A DNA stretch of 62,698 bases, filler included, from Piptocephalis cylindrospora (Eukaryota), in NCBI GenBank assembly GCA_003614145.1. It is 4 parts of 4 records of this genome, joined end to end, with 100 filler letters (N's around TTAATTAATTAA, not from the genome) between each part and the next. Parts side by side here need not be neighbours in the genome. Positions count along the whole stretch, not along the records: positions 47,119 to 62,698 come from KZ987892.1; 3 more parts are not named here. One strand, written 5' to 3'. The notes below the pieces were generated by a model. The model made no database searches. It was not told where the DNA came from and was given only the letters and a program-made list of their open reading frames with translations. The position numbers and the translations under genes are program-made. Shown piece after piece: positions 49,013-62,698 of this stretch (within the stretch, counting starts at the first letter, position 1; every line of letters starts with the position of its first letter).

Positions 49013-51272
49013 GGCGTTTCCCAATCAAGGCAGAATGGAGTGGGAATGTAAGGGTCAGATGGGAGAGTAGGGAAGAGGAGGAGGAAAGTACGGCTTGCCG
49101 TTTGTTTGGCGCGTCCGCTAAGCGGTTGTTTCATATGAAGAGACGGGCTTTTGTATTGAGGCTTTTAGCATTCGCTGCTAAATCTCAAAGGCAGGTGGCC
49201 GTGGTATTTTCTCTCACACTCACACATTTCATCACGCCCAATGCGTCCTCGGATGGAATTGAACCACCACTACTGTACACACTTGGTATGTTCAGCTCTC
49301 ATTAGACGCTATTATTAAGGGTGCCGATTTATTGCTCGAGGATCATACAAGACCTTATATCCTTCTTCGAAAGACGGTATGGGGTTATCCTAATAGTAAA
49401 TGAGGGTAGGCCCGAGGCTGAATGAATGTCACCAAGATCGCTTCAGATCTCGATCTTGCTGGGCCAGATATTCCTTGGATTATATACTATTTTTCCGAGA
49501 ATGGCCATCAAAGAAAGGGGCATATCATCTTTTTATCATGATTAAAGTACCAATTTCCTAGTGGCCAGGTGTCATGTGTAAGGGTGATAGTCATAATGTG
49601 TATAAGAAATTCCAGAGAAAAATGGTAAGAGATGGGTTGTGTATTGGCCTATTAAGGGTGGATGGATGAAAGAATTTGTCAATGAGAAAGACTTACGTAC
49701 TTTTAAATGACGATAAAGCCATTTTATTTTTCCCAGTGGGGTAGGCAGATGGGCATTCGAACACAATATCTGCTAAGATAGCTGACATGTGCTTTTTGAA
49801 ATAAGCAATAATCTTCCTGGATGTTTCTTCTATAAATAAGGATATCCAAAATATACTATCCCAAAAAAATCTAAAAGCTAAGCCATTGAGCATCAAAAAT
49901 ATATTCTTCATTCATTCCTCACCTGTATTTAAATCTTAACAATATAAAATGTTCGAGGTACAAGAGATAGATAAGATCCTGATGATCATGAAAAGCTGAA
50001 AGCTATCGTTGGAGTCCAATTTCACTGGAGGAGATTTTGAGGTAAAGTGAACAAATGGCATTTCACAGGTAATGCATATAGTCAACGGCTAATTATCAGT
50101 ATTTATTTGAGCAGCATATTAGAGTAACTGCAAATGATGGCGATGATGGAATCATTGCATTTCAATGGATTTGCGTCCATGTGGATAAACGAGACGACAA
50201 TTAGGCGCGGTGCATCTGGTACAACGAAAGACGGAGATAACAATCCTAATGGCAGAAACTAGAGCCAAAGTGGAGCATCTCTCCCAGAGACAGGTAAGGG
50301 AGGAGAAAAGGAAAAGGGTAAGCCCAAGATAAAATGGGCCTCCTTTATCTTGCCATTTGAAGCGCGGTCTCTAGCTGACATCCTTCATGCCTTACTCTTT
50401 CCTTAATTAATCATGCTTCTCAACATACCTCACACTCACTGCCTGCTCAAAGAGTATTTATTTATAATGAACGTAAACCTGTGATCAACCATCTCGATCT
50501 GTTTCTTTATAAGCTCTCCGCTTTCTCATCCAAGAGAGGTGCAAATATCTTGCTAAATTTATCATTTCCCACACAATCAGCCCTTACTTTAGGTAACATG
50601 TGCATTATTACTTCCATGGAAAGGCAGGGTGGAAGATATCCCAAGAGCAGGAACAGGGAAATGGAAATGGAGTAGAATTACGCATTCAGGATGAATACAT
50701 CCCCGATGCTAAGACCCGGAGGCAAGATAAAGAACCAGTAAACGAATAGAAGGGTCATATGCTTTCCAGTCACAGCTGGGATATTTGAGTGTGAGAAGCC
50801 CCAGGGAAGATGAGTTGTACTCCGCTGAAAATGTCTTTGTGGAGGTTCTAAATAGGGAAAACGAAGAATCATGAAACATCATTGCGGAGTCCCTTGAGTT
50901 GGAGAAGGAGTATGTAGTAGAGATTGAATCAGCTTCCTACTCGTCCTCCTCTGATTGACCATCTAGGAATTCTCTCTCCATCTTCTCTTCTCCCTGGGTG
51001 CAAGAACAGGATGGCCTTACTAGCCATCTCTCGCCCAACTCTGTCCTTCAGCAGTGCATTCCCCTAGATCAACCATGTCTCCTACTCCCCCATCGCGATA
51101 AACTTAAATAGGGGTCAGATCAAGGCCCCTTCCCTTCCATCATATTCTGCTCATCCTCCAAATTACCCATTCCTACTCTCCTTCTACCGTCTTCCCCTCT
51201 TCAAAGAGCTTTGGTCTCTTCTCTATCTCTCTACTTTTCTTGTCAAGCGACATCCCCCACCACTTCTTCACC

Positions 51273-51527
51273 ATGAAGCTCACATCCATCCTATTCATCT
51301 CCGCCATGCTGGCCATGGCTCTTACTGTTGCTGCTTCTCCTGCTGGGGAGGGAGGTAATAAGAAGGGTATGAAAGGAAAAAATAAATCGGCTGATCCCAT
51401 GCCAAGGGGAGATCAAACTTGCAACTTCGGTTGTCATGCTGGTTATGGGTGCGCACCCAATAATACCTGCGTTGGTATAGAGTGGTATAACGCGTGGGCA
51501 GCGAGGAATGGCCAGTCCTTCATCTAA
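51273..51527 (+). CDS. Small secreted Cys-rich protein (84 aa)
   Basis: MKLTSILFISAMLAMALTVAASP signal peptide, Lys-rich spacer, then C-x3-C-x5-C-x5-C. CT-rich leader and acc-ATG context. Confidence 0.8.
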   Translation: MKLTSILFISAMLAMALTVAASPAGEGGNKKGMKGKNKSADPMPRGDQTCNFGCHAGYGCAPNNTCVGIEWYNAWAARNGQSFI

Positions 51528-52841
51528 TCATCTAGTAGGACCTGCCGCTTCCTTTCTACCCCTGTTCCCCGAGCGCTTATGCCTTTTTCAGGGATCTTTG
51601 ACCAGGATAGATCTTTGAAGTTGACTGCCATTCTTTCGATATTTTCGTAAACTCATTCCTTGAGTGACCTATACCGTTTTTTGTGTACGGCAATGCTTCA
51701 GGCGTGAGTCCTATTGATGCTGAAAGAATGAAACGATCCCCACCATAGTGTAGATTGGCGTGCATGGACCATTTGGACAATGCCAAGGCCGAAAGCCCCT
51801 CCGGTAGAGGGAGAGACCTTGTCATCTCTGAAGTGGTAGACAGCTTGACCCAGTATGACACTAATCATCTCAGGGATCTGAGAGTAAAGATGATATCAAT
51901 TGCTCCACATAAGAATATCACATCCTTAATAGTAATAATAATCCTGAGGACTGGGGACTCAAAAGACGGTGACGAGGCCCAAGTATATTCAGTGTTTTTT
52001 TTTAACTTAAGGCAATGACCCGCACCTCTCCCAAGTAGCATCCGATTTTTCATATGGTTTATTTATGGGTAATAAGAGATAGTCAGATAGACACGTTAAA
52101 GTGCGAGAAATTGCTCAGAAAGCCCGTGGATTTATCGAGGCTAAGCTGGAGTAGCGGGCTCAGATCTAAGGGTAGGATGTCTTGATGACCGTGGTGGTTG
52201 TTGTAGAGAAAGGGACTTTCAGGCTGATGACCTTGATGAGTAATATGATCGTATAGGGGTAGGTGATTACGTGAAAGAGGTTGATCTGCACATCAAACCA
52301 AGATGGTGGTATTTAAGGATATAAAGGAGGCATGGATTTTCAAGTAGAGAGATATAGCGGCAGTGTCAAAGTGAATCCATCCTTCTTCCTTGCAAGGACT
52401 GAGCCTAGTAATAGACAGTAGGAAGTATTGCTTTTCCAATATTATTTTCGCGGTTAAATTGGATCCTTTCATTGAAACTAAGTTGGTTTTTATAGATCTA
52501 GCTTACATGGCTCATGCGAACTTTGCATCGCTTTTCCCATGCACCAGTAGATGACAGTGGGTGAGGGAATGGGGAGGTAAGGGACTGTGGGGCACAATGC
52601 TACTAGGATCGGGATGTGGGTGGGGGAGACAGTCCTCTCCCATCATTACCGTTCCAACACCGACATCATCAGCAAAGTGCTGATGTGTGTCCCAATAGAG
52701 GGACTGGACTGCCCCCTCCCTACTCACCCTTCCTCTATCCCTTGACTCCATCCTACTTCCCTCCCTACCTAACCGCTTCAGCTCTTGCCAGTAAAGATCT
52801 GCTCTCTTCCTCTATTGCCATTCTAAGGGTAAACACAGCGC

Positions 52842-55800
52842 ATGGGTCATCGTATCTCTACGCTCACCCCGTCCACGGCGACGGCCGGCCTGGACACGTA
52901 CATTGCCGAGCTTCCTGACACAGCTTATGAGGGGAGGTAGGTGGTATAGCAGCCTTATTTATATGAACTTCTTCATAACCTTCTTCCTTTGGCCTGTTTT
53001 CCATTTGTATCGCTTGCACTCATAGCCTTCTACACCGTGTAGTTTAGGGAATGCCCGCTTTCTCAAGGCTGTCCGTGGCCGAGTCCGGGCTAAATTATCC
53101 CACCGTCTCCCTCCCCCAAACCCTCCCCGTCCGTCCACCTCTTCTACCTCACTGGTGCATCCACATATTGATGATGGATTTTCCCTGCCTGTCGTCATTA
53201 AGATTTATGTCAAACCCGACATCCCTGTAAATGTCCACACACAAGTTCAACGGATTCGAGGTAGGCTTCTCTGTCACATATTAATCTTTGATAACTTTAA
53301 GAGTTCTTTTTGCGTGGGTCATGAATATTTTTTATCATCCATCTCCTTCATTCCTAACGCTCCCGGGCCATCACTCACTCTTTAATTCATGCAGAGGATG
53401 CTGCTATTATGACGGATATGCCTAACGTACTTCCGTGGGCCCGGGCCCTGGAAACCGATAGAGCCGTGTATATACAGCGTCAGTATCTAACTGCAAGTCT
53501 CTACGATCGTATCTCCACCCGTCCCTTTCTCGCCAACATTGAGAGGAAATGGGTCGCTTTTCAGCTGTGCCGTGCAGTAGCTGACCTTCACACCCGTCAC
53601 GTAAGTCTATTTTGACTAAGCTTCTTTAGTATTACGCAATGACACTAAACCATCTTTTCCTAATGGACCTTCTCGAATATACCCACAGATCTATCATGGT
53701 GATATCAAAACGGAGAATATTATGGTGACAAGCTGGAACTGGGTGTACCTCTGCGATTTTGCCTCTTTCAAACCTACCTATCTACCAGAGGTAAGCATGT
53801 GTTATGATGGAAATCTGAAAAATTGCCTTGATTGTCACAAAGTCTTGCTCCAGCTGTATAACCTCCTTTCTCTCAATGAATATATTCCAAATGACAGGAT
53901 AACCCTTCCGATTTTTCCTACTTTTTCGACACGGCTGGGCGTAGGACGTGCTACCTGGCTCCCGAGAGATTTTATAGCCCCGATTCATCCGTGGACCGAT
54001 TAAAGGTAAGTAATTGTCTCCTTCATATCCCCAGAAATGATTCAGGCCCATTTTCCCTATCCATATGCCCATAATTTCTTTATTCATAAGCTCATACCGC
54101 TCACATTGCCCATAGCAACAATTGCGGCTCGGAGATGCCGATGGTGATCTGGAAGCCTCCATGGATATCTTTTCACTAGGATGTGTCATTGCCGAGCTCT
54201 TTCGTGATGGAAGTCCAACCCTCACCCTTTCTCAACTCCTCCGATACCGAAAGGGCAAATACGACCCAATGGCTGACGTGGGGAAGATTGATGATCCTGG
54301 AGTCGCTAGAATGGTCGGACACATGCTGCAATTGGACCCTTCTAAGCGCCACTCGGCGTCCCAGTATCTTCAATCTCAGAGGGGTCATGTTTTCCCCGAG
54401 TATTTTTACACTTTCCTTCATCCCTATATGGCCTCTTTGGATCTCCCCTCTCCATCTGGCGCCCCCGTTGATACTGGATCTAGCGTGGTGGACCAACGTA
54501 TTTCCAAGCTCTACCACGATGCTGAGCAGATTGATGATGAGCTCAAGGAGGCATTTGATGATATTGGAGTTTCTGATGAAGATGATGGAACAGTAGATGG
54601 ACTAGGCCTTGAAGTTCGAGGAGATGGTGGATTAAATCCAAGCCCCAGGGATCAAGGAGAAGAGGATGGGCGCAACCAACAGGGTGTGTCTTCATCGGAT
54701 ACCTCAATCATAGCCTCTTCCCAGTGCCCAGCAGCTTCCCCATCTTGCTCTGGTTATCTTATATACTTGGCCTTACTTTGTTCATGCACTCGGCACTGTG
54801 ATACCTCCGAGGCCAAGCTTCGACTTCTTGACCTTTTCCTCCGAATTAGTCCACATATTTCCGATGAGGCAAAGCTTGATCGACTCCTACCTTATGTCAT
54901 GACCCTTCGATCTGATGGGCATGCCTTGGTTAGATCCAGGGCCATTCATGTCATTGCTCTTGTTGTAAGTTATTTATTACCTAAGGGGAAAGAGGTGTTG
55001 GATTGATCATAATCTCCAAGTTGGCTTCTGACCCTTTCCCTCTTCATTCCCTATCCCCATCCTCTTCCTCCTCTCTGAAATTTTGGTAGTTGGAAAGCGT
55101 CCAGAATCTCTCACCCATTAATACAGGTGTCTTCACCGATTACATTCTTCCAGGCCTTCGAAGATGCATCGCGGATTCTGAGCCCTTGGTGAGGGCCGCC
55201 TACGCCGGTATCATCGCCACTCTGGCCGAAACTGCTGTTCGGTACATTGATCTAGCCCAGGTAAGCTTATTACGTGCATGGAAAGTGCGGGACAGGTAGA
55301 TATTACTCTGGGGATGCAATGTGGACTGACCATGGATAATTTTTCTCTATTATCTTATCGCACTTTTCCTGCTTCTATAAAGTCGATTAAGAGAGATAGT
55401 GGAACTTCGTTGCCTATTGAAGAGGAAAATCTGCTTCAACTCCAGCAGGGAGATAGGCAAGCCGCTATGGACCGTCTGCTTGCTCAGTTGCATGATCATC
55501 TCAATTCACTCCTTGTCGACGGGGATGCCACCGTACGTCGAGCCTTGTTGAGCAATGGTAGCTTGACTCGTTTGTGCGTCGTCTTTGGCAGGGCAAAGGC
55601 AAATGACTTTCTTCTCTCCCATGTGATAACCTATCTGAATGATCGGGATTGGCTGTTAAGATCGGCTTTTTTGGAGGCTATGGTGGGCCTAGCTACCTTT
55701 GTGGGTAGTCGATCCCTGGAAGAGTACCTACTCCCTTTGCTCGTTCAGGCCTTGACGGACTCAGAGGAAGCCGTCGTTGCCAGGGTTCTATCCACCATTG

Positions 55801-58800
55801 CCGCACTAGCCGGTCTACGTCTCTTTCAGCGTCCCACCCTTCGGGACCTCGCTACCACGGTTGCTCCACTTCTGTGTCATCCGAACGCTTGGGTCCGAGC
55901 CTCGACACTTCAATGTATTCTCCAGTGTTCTCGACAATTTCCCGTTGCTGATCTTTGGTGCTTCCTTCATCCCGCCGTCCGTCCCTGCCTTAGGTGCGAC
56001 GTTCCATCCTTGGAGCGCTCATTGATTCTGAAAGCTCTCAAACCCCCTCTACCACGAGCCATGTTCGATGTTGCTGTGGCCTGGGCCGGTAGATCGCGAT
56101 CCTTCCTTGAGGGCATGTCTTTGGCCAAGGGCATAGGTGCAGGAGGCTTACTCCACTCTTCTTCAGGGGTGGAGATCAGAGAGAGAACCGGCGGTCTGCG
56201 GGACCTGGGTCGTGGAAATTCACGGCAGTTCCTAGAGTAAGTGGCTTGGTTGTAACCATGGTGGTCTGGAGTAGTGCCTTTTGACGGAGATACTATCTCC
56301 GTTATATAGACATGAAGATGTTTGGTTACGCTGTATCATATCGCCTAACCCTTCCCTCCTTTCTGGATGCAGAGATGACGAGTTCCTGGAAAAGCTACGG
56401 CATCTTCGGATGGGGCCAGAGGATGAGGAAAAAATGTGGGCTATGCGTGAGTACCTCAGCAAGCTAGCAAGAACTCGTCAGGGAGGTGGTATCACCGGAG
56501 GCGGAGGTGTACTCGCAGGCAGTGGGGGCTCCGATGGGCATGGCCGAGGAAAAGAGGGATCATCCTCCGTCGCCTCCATTCCATCCGTTGTACAGCTCAA
56601 AAATGTTAATGCTACCCCAAAAACGGTATTTCTTCATCCGGTTACGGATTTCCTGCCGGACCATTCGGCTGACATTGAGGATGCTATGTCCATGCTCGGA
56701 AGTACTATGGGAGGAGGTGGGACGGGTAATTCGATGGCTGCGTCCATCCTAGATATTCGATCAATGGCTATGGGCGAGTCTGGGAAACGTGTTTCCTTGG
56801 ATGTGTCCAAGCCCTCTCATGATGTCTCTAGCCACTCTATACCCGAAAATCCTTCTTCCATGCCTTCTCATATGACGCTATTGGATAAACAGGAGGATCA
56901 AAAGAGCGGAGAATCCCAGACGGATGGCGCCACTCGAGCTAGGTCTTCCACCATGGATGGGGAGGGTATGAGGATATCTCGATCGACCCCTCTCTCCTTT
57001 CATAGGGCTTCTCGTGCTTCTCCTTCCCCCTCCCCCTCCTCTCCATCTCCCTTGAGTCAATCTACTCGGCTACGCTCTGCTACAGCTTCACAATCCTATG
57101 GATCATCTGTTGACGAACGACTCCTCTCCCCTTCTTACGGTTCTTATCCCAATTCGGGATCGCGGGGCCCGGCGAGCCCGGGAAAAAGGGTATCCAGTTC
57201 CTCTAATCCTCCGTCTCCCTCCTCTCCCATCGCATCACATGGGCCTGCCAAGGCCGATGCGGAAACTGGGACCAATCGAGAAACAGCCGAGGGTGCTGTC
57301 CTACAATGGCGAAGGGCTAGTCCAGCGGGAGATGGGGCTGTGGGTGAGGAGGGGTCAGAGAAGAAAAGTAGCGTTGTGGGCGGGAAGAAAGGTCGGGATC
57401 ATGCAGAAACTGCCTCCATATCCACGATGGCTGAAGGTGACGTTGGTGCCAATAAGGAGCGATGGATGCCTAGTAAGTGATCTCCAGGGACACTTTAACA
57501 TCCTGGTCATGGATGCTCCTTTGTTTTTCTAGTTGATCTCCATTACTTACACTTTTCCATTTTCCCATCCTATTATGGGGCCTTAATGTGATAGAGGAAG
57601 CCGATGTCTACCTACGTAATCTATTGAGGAAACGTGCTATGCAGGCGTTCCCGGATCCTTTACTTGGTGGGTTTATTTCTGGGCTTTTCCATCGCCTCAG
57701 GATCATGCCTCTCTTCGGCTTGAGGTGATAACGTGCAAATGCTTACATGCTCCTCCATTCTCCTTAGATATTGGACCAGTAATTACCTCCTCTTCTTCTT
57801 CCTCTACTTCAACCATGGATGGGCTCTCTAATCATGGGTATACTACAATTCCCCATCCCTCCCCGGCCTCCTCATCCTTCTCAGTCACGACCCCTTCTTC
57901 TTCTACCGCTCTCCCATCCCCCAGTGCGGTTGGAGGCGTGTGGAAGCCTCGAGGGATACTCCTTGCCCAGCTCACCGAGCATACTGGCTCCATTATTACC
58001 ATGGCAATCTCCCCAGACCAGACCTTCCTTGCTTCCGGGGGAGCCGATGGGGCTGTGCGAATATGGGATGTGGCTCGGTTGCTTCGGGGGACAAGCCATC
58101 GAGCCCGAACCGCATTTGATCAGTTCTCCGATGGGGGTGTCATTCGGTGCATGACTTTCTTGGAGGGCCGGCACGCCATTGCAGCCGCCTCCTCTACCGG
58201 GCAAATCCGCGTCTTCCGGTGAGTTTTAGCTGTTGGGATCTTGATCGCAGAGTGTGTCACACTTGGAAGGCGCAATTTCGTGAGAAACCATGCTTTTCAT
58301 ATCTATTCTTCTTCCCCCTACCCATTTCTTATGCTAACAGTTTGATCTCTTCCATTTACTCCTTAGGGTACCCTGCACGAAACCTAGCTCGATGAGCTCA
58401 ACAACTACCGGGAATGGTGATCTCCCACAGTATGGAAGATGTCAAGTCGTCCGAGAACATCAGTTGGATACCCCAGCCCAGGCTGTAGCAATGCATCACT
58501 ACGTGGAGGAGGAGGTTGGAGCAGGCGGGGGAGGGGGTGGTGGAGGGGGTAGATCCATTCTCTTGGTGGCTACTACCGAAGATGTCATCTTGGCTCTTTC
58601 CCTTCACAGGGAGCCCTCAGGGGACCTCAAGGAGCTTTGGCGATTACAGTCGATTCCGCACCATGGGACTCTCACAACCATGCTCCTGGACCCAAGGCGT
58701 CACTGGCTCCTTACAGGGACAGCACATGGGGTTTTGACCCTTTGGGACCTGCGATTTAAGGTCAGAGTTCGGTCCTGGTTGCATCCACGTCGTCGACGTA

Positions 58801-59880
58801 TTACCACTCTTGCCCTCTATGGCCATGGGATTCCACGGGGACGATTGGTACTGGTAGGGACTGAAGGAGCTCCGCATGAGGCCACTGTATGGGACCTAGA
58901 GACCGGAGTATGTCGAGAGGTCTATACAACGGAGGTTGGGGAGCAGGAGGAGGGGCAAGCCACGTTGCATGGGGACATTTATCAGGTAAGAGCTCAGGGA
59001 GGCTTTATACTTTGAGAAGCCTTTCCGGTCATGCCTTTAGGGATGAGATGCTTAAACGTGTGACTCATCCTCTTTTATTCAGGCCTTGGAGGTGCCAGAT
59101 GAGATTGAGGCCCTATCTGTGGTTGGAAAGTACCTAGCTCAAGTCTCACTTAGCCTATCCCCACCGGAGCATCACGGCCCCTTGGATCCGTTGGAAGGCG
59201 CAGTACGAGGGGTCACCAGTATCCTTAGTCCCACTCGGTTTCCTTATGTCCTTACTGGGGGTTCAGATGGTGTGGTTCGCTTCTGGAGCCTAAAGCGACC
59301 CTCGGATTCTCGGGCCATTGGTCGGTCCAACACTCTTCGTCCTCCAAGTAAACGACAGTTCAGGTAAGGGCTTTCTAGATATTCAAAGAACTATAGTATT
59401 GCTTGCTTATAGCTATGTGATACTTACGCCCAATCTATCAATCCTTCATACCTTAGGGCATTTCAATTGGGAAGAAAAGAAGTAATGGTGCAAGTAGAGT
59501 ATTCCACTTTTTCCTCCACATCCTCGGATAGTGGATCTCGTCAGGATAAATCAGGAGGGAGTATACGGTCCCGTCGCAGCCAAACAGTGGCCTCTTCCCC
59601 ACAAGTGGCCGAATCCGGGCTAGGGCATCAAAAGACTTACACTTCATTCCTTGGCCGAAGTGTGCAACTGGGCCGATCCACCTCGGCCTCCCCTATGACT
59701 GCCACAGAGACCCCCATTTCTACCTCTGGGTCCAGTGGGGGAAGGTCGACCCGAGGCATCGGTCGGGATGGAAAGCCTTTGGACCTTGGCCGGATCACCT
59801 CCCTCTTGCTTACTACCACGACACCCTACCCCTTGGTCATTATTGGGAATACGGATGGGATTATCCAGGTTCTTGTGTGA
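52842..59880 (+). CDS. VPS15: Vps15 PI3K regulatory kinase (kinase-HEAT-WD40)
   Basis: MG start, [101 protein letters not shown]. Confidence 0.97.
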
Positions 59881-60063
59881 GTTTTGTATTAGGATGAGCG
59901 GATAAGATAGTCCTCACTATTCTGTGCCCAACCTATTGAATACATTTCATCTTACATGGTTAAGAGTATCTCCATCAAAAACCATGAATTTAAAGAAAAC
60001 ACAAAAAGAGGATCATGCAATGAATATACTATTTTCCCAACCGTATAATTGATCAAATCCCAT

Positions 60064-62310
60064 CTAAAAGTCAAACTCTTGTCGAAACTCCTTGATATCG
60101 GCGCCAGGGTGGGCCATTTCGGCCAGGTCACGTCGTTCCATCATGTAAAATACCCGTCGGAGTGTTTCCCACAAGGAATTACTGACATTGACAGCGGTTT
60201 GGCCATCCCCATGCATGCTCAGGGCGCCGAGAAAGTGCTCAGCAGCTTCCCGATGACAGCCAATGTTGATACATGAGACACCCAGGTTGTAGCGAGCACG
60301 TACAAAGGAGGGTCGAAGGTCAAGGGCACGATGGTAAGCATTGATGGCCTCCTCACTTCGACCAGAATTGGCGAGGGTAGCACCAAGTCGGTTCCAAAGA
60401 AGATAATCCTCTGGTCGGACCTCGAGGGCAGCAACAAAGCAATCAACAGCTTTATCAAACTCACCACCCCCGTACAGGAGGACACCGAGGCCCAGCTGAA
60501 CATCAGCATCGACGGAACCTCCTTCTGGAGATTGAGGGCCCTGTCGGGCGGCAGTCAGGTATGCATCGATGACCCTCGCCCGTAGGTCCATCGGGGCAAC
60601 AGCACCGTCTGGAATAGGAATGTCGGGGAAACGATGGCGAATCCAAGACTCTAATGTGGCATATGCCTGCTGATCGTACCCTTCGTTCACATAGCTTACG
60701 GCCAAGGACTAGGGAGATAGGTGAAGGGGTCAGGATAGGGCAATGGTCATTCAGCACATGGGTAAGGTTCCACTTACAGTGTAAGCCGGGAGGCAGGCAT
60801 CATCTAGTTCAATGGCTCGTTCTAGGGCCCTAATAGCCGCTGTCTCCTTTTCATTTTCGGCCTGGATTTGGCCAAGGAACATCCAAGCCTCTGCATCCAG
60901 GGCATGAGAATCTCTTTGAACGGAGGCCTCATACGCTAAAGCAGCCTCCTGGAGCGATCCACCCGACTCACGTAGCCTCAGGGCCTCGGAATACGGGTCA
61001 GAGTGGGTAAGGTAGGGGTTTTCCTGCTCAAAGGTGTAGGGACCATTTGGGAGGGATCGGGTGAACTCCGAGGCCCAAGAGTCAGGGTCACCCAAATCGG
61101 CGGTTAGGGGGTCGTCATCCAATTCACCCACCATCCCAGACTTTTCCTTCCATAGCTCCTCGAATTGCCTGGAAAGCTCGTCTTCGGACTCGAGGCCAGC
61201 AGCGGCAATATCCGCTTCGGTCTTGGACTCTAGATCTAATTGATCAAACTGTCTAGTCCAATCCACATCCTCTAGCCCTGTAACATCTTCCCTTCCTTTG
61301 CCCTTTCCCATGCGGTCTTGCTGAGAAAACTCACTCTCCCAGGATTGATGCTGTTGGAAAGCTGCCTCAAATTCCGCAGCTTCCTCGGGCCCAAGGGCCT
61401 GTTCCACCGAGGGACCATGTGCATGAAACCTGTTAAATTCGTCTCCCCAAGCGGCTTTGAGGAGAAATAATGAAAAGTTGAGAGAGTGGGGAGGTAGGGA
61501 TCACATATCCTCAGGAAAGTGAATCTTACCAGAAGAGGGGGGGGGGGCAGTAAAGGCATTCTCAAAGGCCTCAGCTTCTTCCGGCCCAAGTTCATGGATG
61601 CGTTCGCGATTATCCATGAATTCCCGGGACCATCCGTCACCTAAACCATGAAAACGAATAGGTTATTCAAGAGCTTGAACCACGACATTGAGATGATAAT
61701 GGTAGATGCCAGGCATGGGTGACTCCCTTATATATACAAATTATCTACTCACCTGACATGATTTGCTCCGGGCCACTTTGCATCCTGCTATGGCTATGGA
61801 TCAAGTCGATGTGAGATGGACCAGCAGGATGGTCATTTGATTGTAAAAACTCATTGACCAACTGAAAATCCACAGTAGAGATGGGAGGAGGGAGAGGTAA
61901 ACTGTGAGTAGGGAGTGACTTCCTTAGGCTTGGACCATCCGCCTTACATTGGGCCCTTGGGGTACCCTAGCAGTGGTTGGTGTCCGAAAGGCATTCTATA
62001 AAACGGAACAGGGTAGATGAAAAAGTAAGAACACAAAGTATCCTCTTTGAAATAGGTGACATGTTGCAAAGAGTACGTACCCTGGCCGTGGGAAGTGAGG
62101 GTCCAGGGCGGCCCACGGCGCCCTCCTAGGAGTATCGTGTAATCAGAAGAGAGAGATGATGTGAGTGGATGAACAGAGACGAATTATTGGGAGCCTTGAG
62201 TATTTCTGGACCGTGTACAGTACCTGATGAAGGGACTTGTCCCGGGTGAATTGCTTGGAGATTTGCGATAGAGCATTGGAGGAGCCTGAGCAGCTAGCGT
62301 CGTCGTTCAT
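60064..62310 (-). CDS. PEX5: Peroxisomal PTS1 receptor Pex5
   Basis: N-terminal conserved Cys (MNDDASCSGSSNALSQISK), WxxxF motifs (WESEF, WTRQF, WASEF), TPRs with LLWNRLGATLANSGRSEEAINAY..FVRARYNLGVSCINIG. Confidence 0.97.
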
Positions 62311-62643
62311 GGCTATACTTGTCCAACGAGGGGGTAATCAGGAGTGAAAGGATAAAGAGAAGAGGGAGGGGGGAGGGGAAAGAGAAGGAAAGATGGGGAA
62401 AGAGGATCAAGGTGATTAAGAAGGGAAGAGTAAGACGAGCGGACGACAACATCCGTGTATCCATCTTCCCTTAGTAGCTGTCATACATAGGGCTTCCCTT
62501 GTCAGTATTCCCCAACAACATCCTGGAGTTGTCTCCGGCATGACGCCTCCGTCCGTGTGTATATCTCTCCTACTCATCTGGCCCCCAACCATCACCACCT
62601 TTGTGCCACATTCCATTCAGTATGGACGGGTGTGATGTCTCGG

Positions 62644-62698
62644 CCCTGTTCCGTTTTATAGAATGCCTTTCGGACACCAACCACTGCTAGGGTACCCC
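62644..62698 (+). repeat. 55-bp inverted copy of PEX5 internal sequence 61959-62013 at the window end
   Basis: Exact reverse complement. Confidence 0.93.

Noticed and set aside
49300..50900. Second micro-exon gene in the AT-rich interval
   Set aside because: Only scattered splice-like signals, and I could not build a continuous open frame.

Overview
This is eukaryotic, fungal genomic DNA with short GT-AG introns and pyrimidine-rich 5' flanks. Gene content and style suggest an early-diverging fungus, possibly Zoopagomycota/Piptocephalis-like (inference only). It is a draft assembly: three artificial N44-TTAATTAATTAA-N44 linkers, a 10-N gap and several inverted chimeric junctions suggest whole-genome amplification. 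Conserved genes recognised are a P5-type ATPase (split across an inversion), SKP1, ADA1/HFI1-like, COY1/CASP, CEF1/CDC5, eIF4B, RPS13, RIC1, two PMP3 copies, an HD-domain nucleotidase, eIF2B-epsilon, GGA, VPS15 and PEX5, plus a small Cys-rich secreted protein. An accessory block (about 14.2-31.3 kb) holds a MITE, a decayed Ty3/gypsy pol, a Tc1/mariner element with TIRs and TA TSD, and an intact ~824-aa orphan ORF with Rep_trans-like motif order. The main discovery, essentially invisible in the ORF track, is a hand-assembled 31-exon micro-exon gene (23958-29717, minus strand) for a ~518-aa secreted protein. Its 25 consecutive internal exons are all phase-0 symmetric (15-96 nt), and a duplicated 4-exon module has diverged almost only at non-synonymous sites. 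All gene models and identifications were made by eye, without database searches.
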